Shown: piece by piece, positions 57,001-64,000 of the stretch | Layout of the letters: each line of letters opens with the position of its first letter | Position numbering within the stretch: position 1 is the stretch's first letter | NCBI GenBank assembly: GCA_963924565.1 | Contig: OZ004607.1 | Location: 2,976,001-3,040,000 of the forward strand | DNA length: 64,000 bases | Direction: 5' to 3' | Origin: Ascidiella aspersa | Taxonomy: Eukaryota | Notes under the pieces: model-generated | What the model was told of the DNA's origin: nothing | The model's database searches: none | The model's input: the letters and a program-made list of their open reading frames with translations, nothing else | Made by a program: the position numbers and the translations under genes

Positions 57001-60000
57001 TATTGAAGCCCATAGAGAATTTAGGTGGCATTTTGTGAACGTTTCGAATAAATCTGAAGATAATGGCTGGAGGTTTTAGTTAGACGTAGAATGAATATCA
57101 AAGATCATACAGAAGTAGGGATCATTTTGAACGTGTTGAATAAATCTCAAGATAAGGGTTGGATGTTGCAGTAAGCCGTGGTAAGAATATCAAAGCCCAT
57201 ACAGAAGTAGGTATCATTTTGAACGTTTTTTCAACGTCAATGTTGAAAATGAATAAAGAGTTATTCGAAACGTTCAATATGCTACCTACTCCTGTATTGG
57301 CGTTAATATTTTACTACGTGTTTTAAACAATCTATCGGGCCATATAAATACCACGGTATATATCTATGTCAGTGATTCCCAAACTTTATTGTCTTACAGC
57401 AGACTCAGAAATTTTAAATATGTGCTGGAACCCCTGTGACCACTAAAATTTTTCAAATATGGTGTAGTGTAATGTCACAATAAATGAAATAAGACTCAAC
57501 AAAATTAACGCTACAAATTGTACTCATATTGTACACAAATGTTGCAATTCGAGGCTTACCAGTTAAAAAAACAATGATTCTTAAAGCTTCACAAATACCT
57601 TTCGGCATCCTAGAGCATTATAAAAGGCTTCCCAGTATACCGCGGCACGCCCGTTAATGACCACCAAATTCTTATGTATAAACAGTAACAAAAAATAAAA
57701 AAGAATGTGAATATAGCTAGTCCCTGTTCAATTTGCTTATTCGGCGTATCCAAAAACTTCAAGATAAATAACATACATTTTCATACCTGTGATGCTCGAC
57801 AAGCGTCCGTGTGTATCGCTCGGAAGTTCAGAGGTCTTTAGATCATCGGCCTCTGTAAAAAAAGCAAAACAAATGCTGGTTCTTACGATTTATTTGAAAC
57901 GTTTACAAAACGCTCATAACGGTCGGTTTTGGCTTTAGTATCCTCTTTATGTCTAACTACAGCCTAATAAAAAGTAAAATGCTTGTTAATTTACTGACCG
58001 GTTGCTATTATTTGAGAAAAACATGTCGCCTTGTTACATTTTCTGGTTAGGAAAAAACTTTAATAATTATCCACGATTTATTTTGAAATAAACTTTTATG
58101 CAATGGAGCAAGTTTGGTAATTACTATGGACGTAAAAAATCTTTACTTTTAAAGTTTTACTTTTTCTCTTTTTTCAAATTTCACCGAATTTTCTATTTTT
58201 ACATTTTTTAGAATCTTGGTCAATCGTAATGGACTTAAAAAAAAAACACTGTTTTAATTGGTGTTAAACCGTAGTTATTGAAACAAACTTGTACAAAAAA
58301 GCAACTGAATCACCATAACGCCGAATATACAGCTCTCGAAAAATGTAATTTATACCATGATATTCCCTTAAGGCTATAGTGTTTCTGACAAGTGAGCAAA
58401 TAGTTCAATTTAACAAGCGAAACGATTCCAGAATTTACAACAAGGCACTGCGTGATTTTTATCGTTCAGGAACTTTTACAAGAAGGCACTTGCGTGTCAA
58501 AATGTTTGTAAATTGACCTGCTGTGCTGCAAACCCCACCGCTTCCAGCCATACTTGGAAGGTTGTAGGCCGAGTCTAGGTCGGTGGTGCTTGGCGGCGAC
58601 TCGAGTATGGCCACCTTGGAGGCGCTGGTCGTGCTCAAACTGAAGCCGATGTCAGACAGGGGCGCTTCGTCCTGTGTATAAGCATAGGGGAGGGTTTTAG
58701 AAGAGCGTGGAAGCGGACAGAAGCTACACAGATAAATAGGAGAAGTAGCTCCTTTAAAATTCGACCTGTGCCTTCTAGTATTTTTCAAGGCATTAAAGGC
58801 CGTTAATACAGTCCGAAAACGTGATAATGGGGGCCATATTTTGCGAATTTGGCACTTCGGTTTATATATATGTAGGTACGAACGGACAATTTCCCACGCT
58901 GTAATTTCGCACATTATTTAGCTGAACCTAAACAGTTTAACTAAACTTTATTATAGCATTGTCAGAATTAAAATTTGCCCACTAACTGCGTGTGGAAGTT
59001 TTGTCAAATTCCAGAGCGTTTTGACGCTCTGCTGGAAGTCCAGGGCGTCTAAATACTTGGAATCTTAATTGACATGTCTTAGATTCGGGCAGACATTTAA
59101 ATAAGCTACCTTGTACAAAGTGAAATAAAGATGGTAGCAAAGTTATTTAAAGGACAAGCTTAGAATCGGGCCGACAAACTCAGATGAAAAACAGGAAATT
59201 AAACTGTATGTGTGGTTCGAGTTAGACTAAGAAAAACGTGTCCCTTTAAATAACTTTGCAACCACAATTCTTCCACTTTGTAAAAGGTAGCTTATTTCAA
59301 TGTAATAACTAAATCAGTTACAGATCAACTAATTTTTGGTAATATATGTTTAACAAAAAACTTTGTTGTTAAATAATGCAAAAAGCTCCTTAAAAAAACA
59401 ACTAAGAAACAGACAAAGGAGAACTCCGTGAATTTCGTAAATTTTTGTACGGCTAGGCCTAGCGAAATAAAAGATAGTCAAAACCGGGGAACTTCTAGAA
59501 TTCTTGCAGTTAAAAAACATTAAATGGCAACCTGCCCAAAATAAAAGAAGGAGGTACGTGATATGTAACATATAGGGAAGGCAAACATGTTTAATAAAAA
59601 GCCAATTGCGAAAAACTACATTTTAAAATTGTCATAACAAATACGGCGACGTTTTGTAAGCAAATTTCACCCCAACATTTTGAGACAAATTACATTCCTA
59701 CATGAAGTAACGTCACAATATAAAGCTGTTGCACATCTGAGAAAAAAATACAAAACATCAACATCAGCTGAAAAACTTCACCTTTTCGAGCGACTTATCG
59801 CACTGCAAGTCCAGTTCGGTGTCGTCAAAACTGATGACGTCAACAGATTGCGTAGCCATGACATCACGTGCTTCTTCGTCGGCCTTCTCTGACGGGGTCT
59901 CAGTGGGAGTGGACAGCCCGCTGGACAAAGGGGTGTCACTGCGCCAAGAAATAAGTAGGTTGAATTGTTGAGTTGTGGTTTTGCTTATGCCAAATATTTG

Positions 60001-63000
60001 CTGTTATCTTACAACGCATGAGTTTTGCGCCTTATTTTTTCCTAACTGTTTATTTGTTTGTTGCTACAATGTGAACACAGTAGCAAAGGATCAATGAAGA
60101 ACCACAAAATGGTTATCGAGTCAGTTGACCCTGAAGGTATACGGAATTAAGGTTACAACAGAAAATAGGAAATATCAACGTTTAAGAAGAATATTAAGCA
60201 AAAATGCATAAGGAACGTTGGCAACCTAAAGAAGATATATGACGGTTAGAATATTGTCTTGTGCCATTCCAAACTAAATGTCGATATTTATTTTTCGTTT
60301 TTTTAACGATAATAAAATTATTAGTTTCTTCAAACCAAAGTTATATCAGGCCTGCGATGGTCAAGCCCTACGGTTATCCGGCTATTTATTAAAAACAAAA
60401 TACATATAGGTGGGTTGATTGGTTGAGTTGTTGTTTTGCTATATTAAATTATTAAGCATTTTAACTGTGGTTAGGTACTTTGCAGTCATACAATTATTAC
60501 GAGGTGCTGTAACTGTTAGTTGCTGTCACGCGCGTCAATCTTCACTGTAAGGTTTATATAGGCTTCAGTATTAACCTCTTTTGACGCAGGGAAACTGCTT
60601 GGGTCAAAGCCATCTCGCAATCTCTTTGAACTTCATTTAAACTAATATTTTAACTAAATATTTGTTTACCCCAATCGAACGATAACATTGTGTCTTGGGT
60701 TTCATAACTTTACTTGGTTTAGCCTTTATGACGTCATCTCTAAATTTTCCTGTGTTTTCAATTTTTTTTTCGTTTCCGTAAAATATTTATTCTTTATTCA
60801 TCCCTGGGTGGCACACTTTACAAATTAAAGTCATTCTGACCAATTATACACTTAGATCAGTTTCACTGCGTAACTAGGGTTTTAACCCCTGATAAAAACA
60901 ATTGCCATATAAATTTCGTATCAAATCGGTACCGATAGCACACTAGTAACTTGTAAAATTTGGAAAAAATAATGCAGGCATTCGATACCTAAATGCACAC
61001 TTACAATAAGATATTAAATAATATTGTGGTATTCACCTATAAGAGGGCCGTGTTGTATCAGATAACACGTCATTATGTATTGTGGTATTATGCATTCATG
61101 TGTGGTGAGTTTATTTTATTTGCTGTGCGATATAAATAAAAATTGATAACCATTATTTCAAGCCGTACAATCGATATTTTACTTTGGATCAAAAATCAAA
61201 CACAGATCCATCATAGAGCAAAGCACGTTAATAACTTATACATTTCAAGAAAGAGCTAATGTGAAAAACACACTCACCTCATCGCGGAGTCGTCTCTCAT
61301 TCTGTTGTCCAGGTTCTGAGGTTCGAGCGCTTGCATTTTTGCGTTGTCGATGTTCTCCATTGATCCGAGATCTGAGATTTCTTTCGTTTTTTATTCGTAT
61401 AGTGTTAATTGGAAACGTTATTATTTGTCTATTTAAGTCATTTTGTAACTGAAACGCTCTTATGCACAATGTGCATTCTGTGATCAAGACCTTCTGGAGT
61501 CGTACTGGCCAACAACGACGGCACACAAATATAGGACACAAGATACTTTCGGGACGGCTTAACGAAATATGTCAGCCTAATCAGGATAGCTTAATCATGA
61601 TTTCTGACGTCAAAAATGTGGAGTTAATCGACGTCTTCTTGGTTAACACGTTTCTAATGCTGACAATGATTGAAGCTCGTATTGAAATGTATTAATCAAG
61701 ATGAGGTCGATCTACTCGACCTTTTTGGCTTTTCAAATCAGTATTAAGCTACTTTACAAATCCGTGCATAAAGTATGCCAAGTAATTCATTTTATTAGCT
61801 TTAAAATTCTGGTATTATGTTGAAGAAAATATATACATTATTTAAATAAAATATGACTCTTTTGTAAGTTAACAAAACTAAATTATTTGTCATTAAATTT
61901 GTCCTATTTAAAATATAACAGTCTGCCAAGAGTAACGCGGTTATGAAATTTTTGTATTATGGTTGAGCAAGTATATTTAAATATTTAAATATTTGGTTAT
62001 GCATCCGACCCGGTCGTCAAATAAGATACAGATCCTTGCATATTATAAAAAAAGATTGCCATTTGCCTTACCCGTGTGTGCGTCATAGCTCTCCAGGTCC
62101 GATGTGGGTGACGTATCAGTAATCATTGAAAGGGGGTCAGAGGGGTAAGGTGTGGGGTGCCACTCGCGCCCGTTGAATCGCCCGTTGGAATCCTCCTCTT
62201 CCCCCTCGTCCAAATAGTTAAAATTCACACCGTTGCCGCCACTAGGTGGTGTAGCTTGGCAGAGAGCCACATCTGCTAAGGAACTGTGGTCAAAGGTCAC
62301 GGTTTGAGTGGTTCCGGCCTCACGGGCGCACTCCACCGGCGACATCGACAAATCGTTGGCGCTTTCGCCAGCTTTCGGGGCACAAAACGCCGCCAAAGTG
62401 CCGCCAGCGGCGTCGGCCATCTTGTTCTCCGACTTGTGCTGCTGTTCAGGCTCCGGAGCTGGTGCATGTGAATCGTGATCGGCGTTTGAGACCGAATACA
62501 GCTCATCGTGATGTTCTCCGTGATGCAGGTCGAGAGCCTCGTCTTGATGATTCTCATGACGCTCGTCGTGGAATTTTTCATGAAGATTTTCGCGAAGATC
62601 TTCGTGATGATCTTCATGATGATCTTCCTGATGATCTTCGTGATGTGCGTCGTGAGCTTCGTCATGATGTTGTTCGTGATGTTCATCTTCGCTTTCGTGA
62701 GGAATAATTTCGTACGAATCGTGAAGGTTTTCGTTTTCACGAGGCGGCTCTTGGACGTGTTCGTGATCTTTCACATGATCTTCGCTCGACGTAATTACGT
62801 CATCGATAATGACGTGTGCTTCGGGATCCGCTACAGCGAGATTTTTGACGTCATCACAAATAGCGGCCACGTCATCATCAACATCAGCTTCATCTTTGGG
62901 TTGCTCACAAACATGAATATCTTCTTCATGAACCTCATCGGTCGAATCACGATGTGAATCGTGAAGTTGCTCGTGAAACTTTTCATCGACGTGATCATTA

Positions 63001-64000
63001 GACTTTTCAGGTTCATACAAATGATCTTGTGGTTCTCTGTTGGAAACCTCGTGAATGTCGTGAGACTCTTCATCCTGAAACTTTTCATCGTGCTGAGCTT
63101 CGTTGTCGTGATCGAGCTCACGGCTTACGTCCGGAAGAAGTTCACAATCGTGAAGTAGTCGCTGGTTTTCGTTGTGCAACCGATCGAACTCTGCTGTCTC
63201 CTCATCTGCTTTCATATGAGATCCTTCCTCTCTTTCGTCATGTTCATCCGATTTAGAATCATCTATTTTTGTGTGAATGCGTTCATTTATTTCGTTATCA
63301 GCAATCGCAAAATCTGATATCACATGAGCTTGTTCATTAGGTTCATGATTACCAAAGTTTTCAGCCGAATTTCGATCAAGAGATTTAATAATTTCGTGAT
63401 TAGCTATCTCCTCATCTGCTTTTATCCGATCCTGTTCATCTGGTTCGTGATAAGCGGCGTCGTCATCCACTTTCACGTGATCTTGTGCGTCTAGATCATG
63501 ATATGAGGCCTGCTCATTGGGTTTCACGTGAGACTGTTCAACTACTTCATGATATGAAGCGTCCTGATCATCTGGTTTCATGTCAGTCTGTTCATCTAGT
63601 TCGTAAGACGATTTCTCCACAAACTCAGGGCCTTCATCTTCGTGAACGACAGGATCTTTCACAACTTGTTCATCTTCACCATGAACCTGCTTGTCATCAG
63701 AGATTGACGTAACTTCACGATCGTGATCAACTGGTGACTCACGATGAACCGAAACAACTGGAACCGCTCCGTGATTCTCATTGTTTTCTTCAGGAGCAAC
63801 TTCACGTTTTTCTTCCTCGGCGTTCTCGTATTGAACGAATTCAAAATCCTTCTCAAAATCTTCGCTCGGCTGCGAAACCGGAATTTTAGTTGTTTGAATA
63901 TCTGACGCGATGTTGCTTTGTTCTTCGGGGGCGATTTCATCCTTAGCTTTGTCCGAAACCAGATTCGCGTCGGATGCAGCCTTCAGACTGGCTTCCTCTT
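45048..64000 (-). CDS. Microtubule-associated protein 1 family (MAP1A/B/S, Futsch-like), 5' part outside the window, ~1300 aa visible
   Basis: Exons in transcript order: >64000-62072, 61371-61278, 59938-59782, 58671-58518, 57852-57787, 56917-56759, 56212-56018, 55091-54837, 49361-49210, 48584-48452, 47824-47621, 47089-46975, 46247-46071, 45159-45048 (TAA). The phases chain correctly. The last three exons encode FYVDLAYIPHH...VEFFKRVRARYYVVSGND...EPS..VLECLLAGKKQWG...VTVLPTH...EWYQ..H...LVASGSKVMMHNESVEACKIEF*, the conserved MAP1 C-terminal (light-chain) domain. The large exon is open to the window edge. Confidence 0.92.
47522..47618. repeat. Degenerate (CA)n microsatellite
   Basis: CA-rich run directly downstream (in transcript orientation) of the donor of MAP1 exon 47824-47621. 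Confidence 0.8.
48670..48940. repeat. 21-bp minisatellite, ~13 units
   Basis: Unit ATTAGCCGG(T/G)TA(T/C)GCAA(C/T)GGC in a MAP1 intron. Confidence 0.95.
49852..51050 (+). pseudogene. Decayed intronless ORF (~400 codons, 2 frameshifts, ~6 stops) of unknown family, nested antisense in a MAP1 intron
   Basis: TATAAATA at 49773 and a 154-codon ORF from ATG 49852. Protein-like translation continues in a second frame from ~50261 (ITSLLASYALFVRNQ...LSYEITTLVHGESD...) and a third from ~50793 (...FKRANEMASMILGKY). Confidence 0.4.
52688..52760 (-). pseudogene. tRNA-like module (best copy) of a dispersed tRNA-derived repeat
   Basis: GCCTGTG-TA-GCTC-AGTTGGTA-GAGC-GA-CGATC-CCAGGAT-GACCG-ATGTT-GTGAG-TTCGAAC-CTCAC-TACAGGC. 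A and B boxes are present, and the acceptor, D and T stems pair. No U33, mismatched anticodon stem, TTTTT just downstream. Confidence 0.7.
53077..54494. mobile_element. 1.4-kb non-autonomous DNA transposon with a 5-bp TSD (hAT5-like)
   Basis: Ends CAGGGTT / AACCCTG, clustered ACTCGCC/GGCGAGT subterminal repeats at both ends, flanked by ACGTG on both sides. No transposase ORF. Confidence 0.75.
55129..55342. mobile_element. hAT-type MITE in a MAP1 intron
   Basis: TIRs CAGTGGTTCTCAACCT / AGGTTGAGAACCACTG; 8-bp TSD GTCTAGAC. Confidence 0.92.
57040..57325. mobile_element. Second copy of the foldback-like element
   Basis: Same units (CATACAGAAGTAGG.ATCATTTTGAACG) and the same inverted arm GTTGAAAATGAATAAAGAGTTATTCGAAA as 3925-4330. 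Confidence 0.7.
59093..59303. mobile_element. MITE with ~60-bp imperfect inverted repeats
   Basis: ACATTTAAATAAGCTACCTTGTACAAAGTG...GCAAAGTTATTTAAAGGACA versus TGTCCCTTTAAATAACTTTGC...CACTTTGTAAAAGGTAGCTTATTTCAATGT. Confidence 0.75.
61440..61790. repeat. Dispersed repeat family copy
   Basis: 61460-61590 is similar to 1975-2100, 61695-61790 is the reverse complement of 16010-16105, and there is a weaker copy near 10085-10160. Confidence 0.65.

Noticed and set aside
62286-63712. Several + strand and alternative-frame ORFs, including a hydrophobic 149-aa one
   Set aside because: Shadow ORFs of the low-complexity MAP1 exon.

Overview
AT-rich, intron-rich animal genomic DNA. An invertebrate chordate such as a tunicate is my inference, from the 0.3-1.5 kb introns, the lack of CpG depletion and the ABCC4 exon pattern. 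Three multi-exon genes could be assembled by hand with consistent splice phases. (1) An uncharacterised minus-strand gene (13566->79, 12 exons, ~870-900 aa) with G-x-F/Y-x-P-G hairpin-like repeats and a probable GC-AG intron. (2) A complete 30-exon ABCC4/MRP4-type ABC transporter (+, 21461-41991, 1324 aa). (3) The 3' part of a MAP1/Futsch-family gene (-, window edge to 45048) with the conserved light-chain domain, 17-aa repeats and a His/acidic tract. The most notable extras are a small + strand ORF ending in a polybasic CaaX motif, head-to-head or interleaved with gene 1; a decayed intronless ~400-codon ORF nested antisense in a MAP1 intron; two Penelope-type minimal hammerhead ribozyme motifs; a repeat family carrying an internal tRNA-like module with conserved upstream flank; hAT MITEs with nnnTAnnn TSDs plus one element with a 5-bp TSD; a minisatellite of CRE palindromes; and a 29-bp copy of an ABCC4 exon inserted in an intron. 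All coordinates were read manually and no database searches were run.
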